A DNA stretch of 61,289 nt from Bdellovibrionales bacterium (GTDB taxonomy: Bacteria > Bdellovibrionota > Bdellovibrionia > Bdellovibrionales > UBA1609): NCBI GenBank assembly GCA_007121385.1, contig SKLV01000004.1, positions 1 to 61,289 on the forward strand. Direction: 5' to 3'. This document shows positions 28,973 to 37,808 of the stretch, piece after piece (the first letter of the stretch is position 1; each line of letters begins with the position of its first letter). A program made the translations under genes and the position numbers. The notes beneath the pieces are model-generated. The model saw only the letters and a program-made list of their open reading frames with translations, searched no databases and had not been told where the DNA came from.

Positions 28973-29158
28973 TCAATTTTGCCCTGGTATGGATTTTGAT
29001 ACTTGAGAGGGTGAGAAAGGTGGTCCCTGATGATCAAAGCCAATTTAATGAAAAAACAGAGCCAAATTGCAGTGGATTTGACCCAAGAGAGCCAAAATTC
29101 GGCTCTGGAAGTGTCCAAAATTGAGCTGCCTCTCACAGCCGCCCTGACATTTATCTTC

Positions 29159-32100
29159 CTATTGATAGTTTCCCAGCCCTTTTTCTCGGCTTAAAAGAGA
29201 AAGAGCCTCCGGGTCTTTTGAGCTGAATCCCCTAGGGGCTCTTAGGGGCCTTAGAGCTTCAGCCCGGATTTGAGCCCGGCCCAGGTGGTTTTCCACTCGG
29301 CCAGTGATCTCCAAGAGGGGTTGCTGTTGCAGGACCTGCCGCTGGGCCAGGTAGATTTGCGGACTCAAAATCACATTAAAAAGTCCCCACTCATCCTCAA
29401 GAGTTAAGAAAGCAAACCCCTTAGCCGTTGGGGGTTTTTGAAAAGTGCTCAGAAGCCCCACCAGAGTGACCCTTTGACCGGAACGCAGTTTTTTCAAGGA
29501 GGCACTGGTCCAGGGACTGATTTTCTCTTCCCGAATAAAACTGCGCAAAACTCTTAGAGGGTGGAGAGTAAGACTGTATCCTTGATGACTATACTCCCTT
29601 TGCATCTGTTGCCAGGGCGCTTCTGGCGGCAGTGGCGGGCGATCTACATCTTTTAGGGGAGCTTGGCTAAAGAAAAAGCTTTTGCGGTCGAGATTGAGAG
29701 ATTGAATTTTCCAAATGGCCCTGCGAGGGCTTTTTTCAAAGCTGGACAGGGCTCCGGCTGCAGCCAGGAGTATGAGTGCAGATCGAGGCAGCTCGGTGCG
29801 ACGGACAAAGTCTTCTAGGCTGCTAAAGCCCCCCCTTTCTCTTCTTTCCAAAAGAAGTTGATCCGTCCATTTGCGATGGAGGCCAAAAAGGGCGCGAAAG
29901 CCGACACGGACAGAGAGAAGGGGCCCCTTTGAGGGCTCTAAAGCGTAGTCATAATCAGAGTGTTGGACATCTAAAGGCAAAAAGGGCACTTGCTGCCTTT
30001 GCGCCTCTGCAATCAAAGTTCGAGGGGCATAAAACCCCATGGGTTGACTGTTGAGGAGAGAGCAAACAAAAACATCGGGATGATGAGCCTTTAAATAAGA
30101 ACTGGCATAGGTGATGAGAGCAAAGCTGGCGGCATGGCTCTCTGGGAAGCCATAGGAGGAAAAGCCCACAATCATCTGATAAATTTGTTCGGCAAAGCGG
30201 GGTTCAATATCATGGTTGAGCATGCCGTTGATCAGTCGCTGACGAAGCCCTTGCATGACTTGTGGTTTTTTCCAGGAAGAGGACATAAGTCGGCGCAGCT
30301 CATCAGCCTCTCCCGGTGTGAAACCACAGACGGCGGAAGCCATCTGCATGATCTGTTCTTGGAAGATAGGAACACCATAAGTTTTAGACAAAATGGGGAT
30401 CAGAGCCGGATGGGGATAGTGTTCTCTCTCCAGTCCATGGCGCCGTTTTAAGTAGGGGTGAACCATCCCCCCTTGAATGGGGCCAGGGCGCACAATGGCC
30501 ACCTGAACCACGAGGTCGTAAAAGCATTTGGGCCTGAGTCGAGGTAAAAGGGACATCTGGGCTCGAGACTCGATTTGAAAGACCCCGATAGTTTCGGCCC
30601 TTTGAATCATTTGATAGGTCTTAGGGTCTCCAGAGGGAATTTTTGCCAGACTGAGATCAAGACCTTTTTTGCTTTTGAGCAGAGCGAAGCTGTGTTTGAG
30701 CGCCGTCAGCATTCCCAATCCCAATAGGTCAATCTTCATCATTTTCAAGGCTTCCAAGTCGTCCTTATTCCATTGCACCACAAAGCGGTCAGCCATAGTG
30801 GACTGTTCCACGGGAACACATTCGGTGATGGGTCTTTGGGTGATAACAAAGCCCCCAGTGTGAATCCCAATATGTCGTGGAAAACCATAGAGTTGAGAGG
30901 TGAGCTCGATCAAAAGGCGAAATCGGCTCTCACTGAGTCCCCAGAGTCTCTGGGGCAGAGAGGGCTCCTGCTGAAAGCTTTGCCACAGTCCTTTAAGGCC
31001 CTCCTTGCCCATGCTTCGTACAATGGAGCTGAGAGTCTCTGAAGGCACCTCTAAAGCCTTGGCCACTTCTCGTAAAGCCATTTTGGATCGATAGCAGATG
31101 ACGGTACAGACCATGGCGGCGTGTTGGACTCCATAGCGCCGATAGACATACTGGAGGACCTCCTCCCGGCGGTCACTCTCAAAGTCCACATCAATATCGG
31201 GAGGCTCTCCTCGCTCTTTGGAAATAAACCTCTCAAAGAGAAGGTCTATTTTTTCCGGGTCCACAGAGGTCAGACCCAAAAGATAGCAGACGACGGAGTT
31301 GGCTGCAGAACCTCGGCCCTGGTAGAGAATATTGTTCTTCCTTGCAAATTCACAGATGTCCCACAAAGTAAGAAAGTAGTCCTGGTACTGAAGTTCCTCA
31401 ATCAGAGCCAACTCCTTTCTTAATAGGCTCAGCACTTTATCAGAAGGACCTTGGGGAAACCTCCATTTTAAGCCCTCCTCAGCCAAGTGCTGGAGATAGG
31501 TCTGTGAAGTGTGGCTCTTTGGCACAGCGGCCTTTGGGTACTGGTATTTGAGTTCATCGAAAGAAAATGAAATACGCTGAGCAATTTTCACACTTTGCTT
31601 CAGAAGGTCTGGTCGATCTCGCCAAATCTGGGCGAGATCCAAAGGGCTTTTGAGGTATCGCTCCTGGTTACTCAGCAGTCGAGTTTTGGCCTGGGAGAGA
31701 GAAACTCCGTGGAGAGAGCAGGTCAACACATCAAAGAGGGCCTTGCGCTCAGGCAGGTGCATGACCGGCCGTTGGGTGGCCACCAGCTGGAGGCCCCATT
31801 GGGTCTCCAATTGAAAGGCCTGTCTTTCAAGAAGGTGGCTTTCCCAAGTCATGTCTCGCCAAATGGGGAGATACATTCGATCGCCAAGAAGCTCATGCAA
31901 AAACTGGAGATCTTCAAGAGACCATGGGGGCAGAGCAAGCACAATCAGATCGTCAGAGTGGTCTTTGAGTATTTTCAGGTCAAATTGACTGAAGGTCTTT
32001 GGGGCCGGACGCTTGGCTGTGGTGATTAACCTACAGAGCTGAGTGTAGCCCTCTTTATTCATAGGCAGAAGAGCCAGAGAGCTTTTATTTTTTAACCGAA

Positions 32101-32377
32101 GTTCAGCTCCACAGATGAATTGAAAAGACTCTCCAAGAGGGTTTCCTGTTGCGGAGAAGAGGGGGTCAAAAGAGGAAACCTGGTAGGCCTGACGATGAGC
32201 TCGAACCACTCCATAAAGTCCATCCAAATCACAGAGGGCCAAACCCTGGTAACCCAGCTCCTGAGCCCGGCTCACCATCTCTTCGGGGGAAGAGGCTCCC
32301 TGTAGGAAGGAGAAGTAACTCCTTCCTAAAAGTTCAACATAGGGTGGAGGGCAGAGGCTGACTTCAGTAGTAACCAT
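29159..32377 (-). CDS. dnaE2: Error-prone DNA polymerase DnaE2
   Basis: PHP domain SYFSFLQGAS, GRGSAANS, PPDIDVDF, FPRHIGIHTGG, YGFPESHAASFA, LLNSQPMGFY. Confidence 0.95.
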   Translation of the reverse strand: MVTTEVSLCPPPYVELLGRSYFSFLQGASSPEEMVSRAQELGYQGLALCDLDGLYGVVRAHRQAYQVSSFDPLFSATGNPLGESFQFICGAELRLKNKSSLALLPMNKEGYTQLCRLITTAKRPAPKTFSQFDLKILKDHSDDLIVLALPPWSLEDLQFLHELLGDRMYLPIWRDMTWESHLLERQAFQLETQWGLQLVATQRPVMHLPERKALFDVLTCSLHGVSLSQAKTRLLSNQERYLKSPLDLAQIWRDRPDLLKQSVKIAQRISFSFDELKYQYPKAAVPKSHTSQTYLQHLAEEGLKWRFPQGPSDKVLSLLRKELALIEELQYQDYFLTLWDICEFARKNNILYQGRGSAANSVVCYLLGLTSVDPEKIDLLFERFISKERGEPPDIDVDFESDRREEVLQYVYRRYGVQHAAMVCTVICYRSKMALREVAKALEVPSETLSSIVRSMGKEGLKGLWQSFQQEPSLPQRLWGLSESRFRLLIELTSQLYGFPRHIGIHTGGFVITQRPITECVPVEQSTMADRFVVQWNKDDLEALKMMKIDLLGLGMLTALKHSFALLKSKKGLDLSLAKIPSGDPKTYQMIQRAETIGVFQIESRAQMSLLPRLRPKCFYDLVVQVAIVRPGPIQGGMVHPYLKRRHGLEREHYPHPALIPILSKTYGVPIFQEQIMQMASAVCGFTPGEADELRRLMSSSWKKPQVMQGLRQRLINGMLNHDIEPRFAEQIYQMIVGFSSYGFPESHAASFALITYASSYLKAHHPDVFVCSLLNSQPMGFYAPRTLIAEAQRQQVPFLPLDVQHSDYDYALEPSKGPLLSVRVGFRALFGLHRKWTDQLLLERRERGGFSSLEDFVRRTELPRSALILLAAAGALSSFEKSPRRAIWKIQSLNLDRKSFFFSQAPLKDVDRPPLPPEAPWQQMQREYSHQGYSLTLHPLRVLRSFIREEKISPWTSASLKKLRSGQRVTLVGLLSTFQKPPTAKGFAFLTLEDEWGLFNVILSPQIYLAQRQVLQQQPLLEITGRVENHLGRAQIRAEALRPLRAPRGFSSKDPEALSLLSREKGLGNYQ

Positions 32378-33671
32378 GGAGGTAGTATTGGTCTTCGACT
32401 CGATCGTGATAAACCCAAAGACACTCCCCCTTAGGGCTTAAGGCCACATAGTAGTCACGGCCCCTTGTGCTCTCCCACCAACTTTCTTCCAGTCTTTCCA
32501 CAGGGTAAGAGCTCAGAAACTCCAGCTTTCGGAGCTCTTTTCCTGAAATTCTTTGAGGGCTTGAGAAGAGAAGGGAAGGGCGAGGAGCGGAGCGCAAACT
32601 GGAGCTGTGAGCTGGTTTAATTTGAAAGCTTTTGCCGTCCACGTGAACTTGGTCCTCTATAGGTTCATAGTCCATAAACTCAAAGTTCAATTGCCAACTC
32701 TTTTCCGGTAAAATTTCGTCTTTGAGTTGAAAAAAACCTGAGTGGACTTCGGCTTGTCTGAGAAGTCCTGATAGGGCATGAACTTTATCTTGGTCTTTTA
32801 CTCGGGGCTGCCAAAAATCCAATTGCTCAATCCTTTCGGGAACAGGAAGAGCTTCGATCTCAATATGCTGAATGGGATTGTCGAGTTCAATAGACTCCAG
32901 TTTGTGTTCGATCAGCTTCATTAAAATATCTAAGTCTCGACAGGCTTGGAGCGGCTGAATTTCAAGGAGATGTATTTGTCCTGAAAATTCACAGTGCAAA
33001 TGGAGGCGAATTCGCTGGGCAAACTCTCCTCGCCCCTGAAGTCGGGCTAAAAGCCTCTGCAGCTGCTTCTCAATACAGTGAAGCAAAAAAGACATCAGGG
33101 AGACGGAAAAATCCAAGTGAATAAATTCAATAAGAGCTTCTTTTGGAATATAAGGAGATAAGGCCTGTTGCTCGCGCCCATGAATCTTTTGCCACAGGCG
33201 CTCTCCAGTTTTGCCCCACTGTTGTCTTAAAGAGTCTCTTGAAATCTGCTGAATATCAGAAATTTGATTTAAACCGACAAGTTTGAAAAAGCTAATAATT
33301 TGTTCAATTTGATCTTCAGGCTGCCAACAGATAAGGCCTTCTAGATGATTGAGGGCAGCCAGAGGGAGGGGGCCTAAGGCCGATGAGTCTTCATTGGGGC
33401 GACTCATGGATGAGGGCTGATACAGACTGAGACCTTGGGCTGTGCTGGGCTGATCCGCAATGGCTGCTGAGAGAGGTAAATGAAGAGATTGGCTCAGTTG
33501 GAGGACTTCACGCAGCAGTTGGGATTCTCCACCAAACAAATGAGCTGTTGAGGAGATATCCAGAAATAGAAGTCCTGGTTTGCGGTACTGAAGCTGGGGA
33601 GAAAATTGCAAAAAAACTTCAGCTAGCGATGGCTTTTCGTTTTTTTGAAAGTTGAGGCATAAGGTCCGCAT
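32364..33671 (-). CDS. imuB: ImuB-like Y-family polymerase homolog
   Basis: LDISSTAHLFGGE, LPLAAL, C-terminal RP..ER..WW..RDYY..LHG; AAAGGAG SD before ATG 33671; position between imuA and dnaE2. Confidence 0.85.
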   Translation of the reverse strand: MRTLCLNFQKNEKPSLAEVFLQFSPQLQYRKPGLLFLDISSTAHLFGGESQLLREVLQLSQSLHLPLSAAIADQPSTAQGLSLYQPSSMSRPNEDSSALGPLPLAALNHLEGLICWQPEDQIEQIISFFKLVGLNQISDIQQISRDSLRQQWGKTGERLWQKIHGREQQALSPYIPKEALIEFIHLDFSVSLMSFLLHCIEKQLQRLLARLQGRGEFAQRIRLHLHCEFSGQIHLLEIQPLQACRDLDILMKLIEHKLESIELDNPIQHIEIEALPVPERIEQLDFWQPRVKDQDKVHALSGLLRQAEVHSGFFQLKDEILPEKSWQLNFEFMDYEPIEDQVHVDGKSFQIKPAHSSSLRSAPRPSLLFSSPQRISGKELRKLEFLSSYPVERLEESWWESTRGRDYYVALSPKGECLWVYHDRVEDQYYLHGYY

Positions 33672-34293
33672 AGAGAACTCTCCTTTGAAAAGACTTGGGG
33701 GTCGGACGATGTAAGGCGCGCTCAATTTCCACAAGCGGTCCCTGAGTCCGAAGGATAGTGGCATAAAAGGGAGACTTGAGGGGTTGTTGTTGCTGACTTA
33801 AAATCACAATGGAACACTGATAGCGTTGAGCTAATTTTCTGAGTTTTTGAATCTGTGAATGCGGAGGGCTGAGGTGATCCCAATGACAGCCAATGATTTC
33901 AAAAAGAGATGTTGATAGGAGTTCTCCCATAATCCACAGCCACTGCTTAGGATTATGTCTATGGCCTTCGACAACAAAAATTTTGGAAAGGTCACAATCC
34001 TTTTGAAAAAGTCCCCAAGGGCAAAGTTTTAAATGTTGAGGACTGACCCAGGCCGCCCACAGCTGCCTTTGGGTGAGAGGTGGGAGAGCCTTGAGCCAAA
34101 GAGCAGTAGGTCCTAAGCCTTCAGATCCGTAAATCAGGCTCACTTCACCCTTAGGCCAGCCAGACCATAAAAAAAATTGATCTAAAGGAGGGCAGCCCGT
34201 AGGCACTGCGGAGGCTGTGCGAATTTGGTCACAGCTCACAAGATGTCTGGCCAACTGACAGCGCAATTGGGAAAGGTGTTTTGTCTTAGACAT
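33619..34293 (-). CDS. imuA: ImuA-like RecA-fold protein
   Basis: PTG.PPLD...GWPKGEVSLIYG with degenerate P-loop; position in the cassette. Confidence 0.8.
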   Translation of the reverse strand: MSKTKHLSQLRCQLARHLVSCDQIRTASAVPTGCPPLDQFFLWSGWPKGEVSLIYGSEGLGPTALWLKALPPLTQRQLWAAWVSPQHLKLCPWGLFQKDCDLSKIFVVEGHRHNPKQWLWIMGELLSTSLFEIIGCHWDHLSPPHSQIQKLRKLAQRYQCSIVILSQQQQPLKSPFYATILRTQGPLVEIERALHRPTPKSFQRRVLYADLMPQLSKKRKAIAS

Positions 34294-34304
34294 TTTTTAC
34301 TCTC

Positions 34305-35024
34305 TTAAAGTGAAAACCGTCTGAGCAGTCCAGTAACAATTCCCTGTATTTCCACCTGATGTGGTTCAAACCACATGGAAACCATTTGCTGGTTTGCAGG
34401 TCGTAATTCTACAAGAGCGGGAGCCTGAGCTAAATGTGGAGGAATCTGTGGATATCTGTGGATAAGTTTTGTTGTATTTTCGTGCAAATAGAACTTTTTT
34501 ACTGTGGCCTCATTGTCCACAATGGCGACAACAGTCTCTCCATTGCGGGCTATGGACTGTTTTTGAATAAAAATAGTATCACCATCAAAAATACCATCTT
34601 CAATCATAGACTGGCCTTGCACCTTTAAAGCAAAGCTCTTTTCTGGGTGGGAGATGTAGTCTTTGGGAACTTCAACAAATTCATTGTGTGCGAGAGCCTC
34701 TATGGGGCGACCGGCGGCCACTTTTCCCAGCAGGGGGAGGCAGAGGGCCTCAGTGGTCAGGGACTCTGAAAGTCCTATGGGCTGGGAAGAGGGAGGAGGT
34801 TGGAGGAGGCGGAGGGCCCGCTTCTGATTGCCTCCAGGAAGATCAATATAGCCTTTTCTATGCAACTGTTTGAGGTAGCGCTGCACAGAATTGAGAGAGG
34901 CAAAGCCAAAGTGCTCGCGAATTTCTTGAAAAGAGGGGGCCGTGGCTTCCCGAACAAAGAAATCATGTAAAAAATCCATGACCTTTCTTTCTTTGGCGGT
35001 GAGAGGGCGTAGAGGGCTTGTCAT
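34305..35024 (-). CDS. lexA: SOS repressor LexA
   Basis: N-terminal wHTH (PSFQEI..FG..S), Ala-Gly cleavage site VAAG, catalytic Ser GQSM and Lys TVKK. Confidence 0.95.
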   Translation of the reverse strand: MTSPLRPLTAKERKVMDFLHDFFVREATAPSFQEIREHFGFASLNSVQRYLKQLHRKGYIDLPGGNQKRALRLLQPPPSSQPIGLSESLTTEALCLPLLGKVAAGRPIEALAHNEFVEVPKDYISHPEKSFALKVQGQSMIEDGIFDGDTIFIQKQSIARNGETVVAIVDNEATVKKFYLHENTTKLIHRYPQIPPHLAQAPALVELRPANQQMVSMWFEPHQVEIQGIVTGLLRRFSL

Positions 35025-35061
35025 AATTAAAACCTCACTTTTTGATCTCAGTTCAAAAAAT

Positions 35062-35105
35062 AAGTGTAAATAAAGTGTAAGTCAAGTGTAAGTAAAGTGG
35101 AAGTA
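35062..35105. repeat. Four tandem 11-bp direct repeats over the lexA promoter (candidate LexA operator)
   Basis: AAGTGTAAATA / AAGTGTAAGTC / AAGTGTAAGTA / AAGTGGAAGTA; on the minus strand TTGACT-N17-TATTTT overlaps them. Confidence 0.85.
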
Positions 35106-35288
35106 TGGTGGTTTTTGGTCTAAAGTCCTGGTCGTAGTGACCTTGTATTTATACCCCTAATGGCAGCCATAAGGCTTTCTCTCTGCATCTAAAAGAGCCT
35201 CGAATCCCTAACATTTTTTCAATAACCATGTTTTTTTTGCATGATTTAAAGGCCTCAGTTTTACTGGCCTCACAAAAAAGGGGGTGCC

Positions 35289-37172
35289 ATGAAGCTTTTA
35301 AGGGGGGCTTTATTGGGTCTGATCATCATGGGGGGGCCATGGGTTGCTCAGGCGCAAATCGATTTTGGGGAAGAGTTCTTTCAGGAGAATTTTGGGGCTA
35401 ATCTGGTTCAACCACAAATTATTGGTGGCGATCCTATTCCAGCCAATCGCTACCTGGCCACCTTAGTGACAGCAGAAGGAGATCCTTTTTGCGGAGGCAC
35501 TTTTATTGCCGAGCGAGTGATCCTCACGGCAGCTCATTGCGTAAATGGGCGATCCCAGAGGCCTGACTTTGCCGTGGTGGTGGGAGCGCAAAGCCTGTCT
35601 GAACTCTATGGCGCAAGGCGGCTGGCTGTCAGGGCTATTCGAGTTCACTCCGGGGTGGCTTCTCCCAGCTATAATCAAGCTCATCAGGATGATATTGCCC
35701 TGCTTTTTTTAGCTGATTATTCGGCTCGGCCTCTGGCTGAGCCGGTGCAACCCCTCTCTCTTTACAGAGGGACCTATGGGAACTTGGAGAGAGAAAAAGT
35801 CAGGGCTATGGGCTGGGGCAATATGTCTAATTTAGGAAGAGTTCTTGCCCGCAATCTCATGGCCGTAGAGATTGAGGTGGTCAGTCCTGAGGAGTGCCGT
35901 CAACTCAATGTGCCTCTGCAGTCGGCCTCAGAGCGCAGTATTGCAGAAAAATACGCTCATATCTCCAGTGTTCATCAGCTCTGTGCTGCCCATCCGCAGG
36001 GCGGTCGGGACACCTGCCAAGGGGACTCAGGAGGGCCCTTGATCTGGACATCTCCCTCTGGAGAGCAGTTCTTAGTAGGGGTCACTAGCTGGGGATTCAG
36101 CTGCGGACAGAGAGGTTTCCCAGGAGTCTATGCTCGGGTGGCCAGCTATGGGGACTGGATTGATGAAGAGATAGAGGCCTACTGGCGGTTTGAAGAGGAG
36201 GGTGGTATCGAGAACCCCACTCGGCTTGCTGAAACTTTTGTGGGACCAGATCTGTCGATTGTCACCGAGGATCGAGACCCCTCGGGAGCCCGAAGGGTCA
36301 ATATGAAACGCTTTACTCAGCCTTCTCTTGAAGATTGGGCTAGAAGTTACTCTCCCTTGGCCTCAGGGACTCAATCCCTGTTCTCTCACCAGTGGAAGGA
36401 TATTAGAGGAAGAAATTTTGACTATCGCATTTATCCCTCAACCTCCTCTCCTCATGAGTTTACGGCCCATCTGACCACTCCCATTGGCCGTTTTCAGGCT
36501 CCTTCACCTTGGCAGAGTTCAGCTCTCGTGGTGTCTTGTCCTTTGCCTAAAGATTTTGAACTCGGATCAAGAGTGGCTCTGCTTCAGGATTTTGATCGTG
36601 GCACAGCCCAGATCACTTTAAATGGAAAATTCTGGCGGGCTCAAGAGCGCTCAGACTTCTCCCAACTCGTCCAGGAGAAAAGCGAAGTGATTTTTTGCGA
36701 GGTGGGAGACTCAAGGCTGAGTCTGGGGCTATGGCAAGATCTCTCCGGGCAAAGAGATCTCTTTGTCCAATTGCAGGACCCACTTTTTGGTTCACAAATT
36801 TTTACCATTGAGACGGCCGTTGAGGAAACCAACCCTGGAGCCGCGTTGAGGTTTGAATTGCGTTTGAGGGGTCAGGAGGTGGCTCTCTTTAACCCTCATG
36901 ATGTGGACCTTTACTATTGGGAGCTGGATTGCAATGAGGCCATGTCCATTCAAGTGGCTCACGCAGGCTTTTCCTCGGGACAAAAATTGGCGAGAGAAGA
37001 GGGAGTTACAGAGAGCCTGGGATATCGCTGGACTGTGGATCATCGGGTCGGAGATTTTTGGAAGATCCCGGCAGGCACAGAGGTGTCCTTCCAGTTGGAA
37101 AGTCCCGTCAGTGTCTCTGGCCTTAAATGCACTTTAAATGGCCAAAGCATCAATGTGACCGAAGTTCTGTAG
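35289..37172 (+). CDS. Secreted trypsin-like (S1) serine protease with long C-terminal extension
   Basis: Signal peptide, IIGG, LTAAHC, DIAL, DTCQGDSGGP, PGVYARV. Confidence 0.92.
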   Translation: MKLLRGALLGLIIMGGPWVAQAQIDFGEEFFQENFGANLVQPQIIGGDPIPANRYLATLVTAEGDPFCGGTFIAERVILTAAHCVNGRSQRPDFAVVVGAQSLSELYGARRLAVRAIRVHSGVASPSYNQAHQDDIALLFLADYSARPLAEPVQPLSLYRGTYGNLEREKVRAMGWGNMSNLGRVLARNLMAVEIEVVSPEECRQLNVPLQSASERSIAEKYAHISSVHQLCAAHPQGGRDTCQGDSGGPLIWTSPSGEQFLVGVTSWGFSCGQRGFPGVYARVASYGDWIDEEIEAYWRFEEEGGIENPTRLAETFVGPDLSIVTEDRDPSGARRVNMKRFTQPSLEDWARSYSPLASGTQSLFSHQWKDIRGRNFDYRIYPSTSSPHEFTAHLTTPIGRFQAPSPWQSSALVVSCPLPKDFELGSRVALLQDFDRGTAQITLNGKFWRAQERSDFSQLVQEKSEVIFCEVGDSRLSLGLWQDLSGQRDLFVQLQDPLFGSQIFTIETAVEETNPGAALRFELRLRGQEVALFNPHDVDLYYWELDCNEAMSIQVAHAGFSSGQKLAREEGVTESLGYRWTVDHRVGDFWKIPAGTEVSFQLESPVSVSGLKCTLNGQSINVTEVL

Positions 37173-37299
37173 TCTGGGCTCAGTGTGCAGACTCAGTGGA
37201 TCTCTAATCCTTGAGCAAGAAGTTGAGCTTGAAGTTTTCGCTCAAGGTCAGAGGTCTATCAAGAGGGAGGGTTGTTAAAGGGCTGACTTTGGTTTAGTT

Positions 37300-37791
37300 T
37301 TATGGGTCTTGGCCTTCGTACTTAAGACTTAAGGCAATAGCCAGAGACAGCCATATACCCTCGGCCTGCTTTTGGCTGATCTGCTGACTCTTTTGCATTT
37401 TCCTTAAGAGGTCCCTGATGCGATTCTGCTGGGGCTCAAGGTAGTTCATATTCTCAGCCGCAATATCATGAATCTGATCGTATTCCACCACCAGAGCCCA
37501 GTTACTCAGAGCTAAAGATAAAACGATGTCGGAGATCTCCGGGCTGGACTTGAAACAACCGGTCAACAGGGCAGAGGTCTCGTAAACCAAATCAGTGATT
37601 TTGGCATCACTCTGCCGAGGACTTGGAATACTGTGGGCTTGCTCGAGGCGCAAAGGGAGTTGGGCTCGCTGTGCCTTCAAGCGCTCGCATTCGCTGGTGA
37701 GAGAGACCTGTGAGACCGATGGGGTGGAGCTGCAGGCCACCATCCACAGGGCGCTCAGACTCAAAATCAGTTTAAAAAATAGCATGTCCAT
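37300..37791 (-). CDS. Hypothetical helical lipoprotein (candidate immunity protein)
   Basis: Lipobox MVAC-SS; GAGGAG SD; starts 17 bp after the amidase gene. Confidence 0.7.
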   Translation of the reverse strand: MDMLFFKLILSLSALWMVACSSTPSVSQVSLTSECERLKAQRAQLPLRLEQAHSIPSPRQSDAKITDLVYETSALLTGCFKSSPEISDIVLSLALSNWALVVEYDQIHDIAAENMNYLEPQQNRIRDLLRKMQKSQQISQKQAEGIWLSLAIALSLKYEGQDP

Positions 37792-37808
37792 CTCCTCTTT
37801 AGATTCTT

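Noticed and set aside
28161-29006. 281-aa plus-strand ORF, and similar shadow ORFs at 14787, 17340 and 26955
   Set aside because: Antisense to well-supported genes, with no recognisable motifs.
29159-35024. lexA-imuA-imuB-dnaE2 cassette as a novel system
   Set aside because: Well-described mutagenesis cassette; only its operator and the LexA insertion are unusual.
35062-35105. Repeats as a CRISPR array
   Set aside because: Contiguous 11-bp units with no spacers and no cas genes.
35161-35176. TGGCAGCCATAAGGCT as a sigma54 promoter for the trypsin gene
   Set aside because: GG-N10-GC spacing is right, but the TT before GC is missing; too weak to call.
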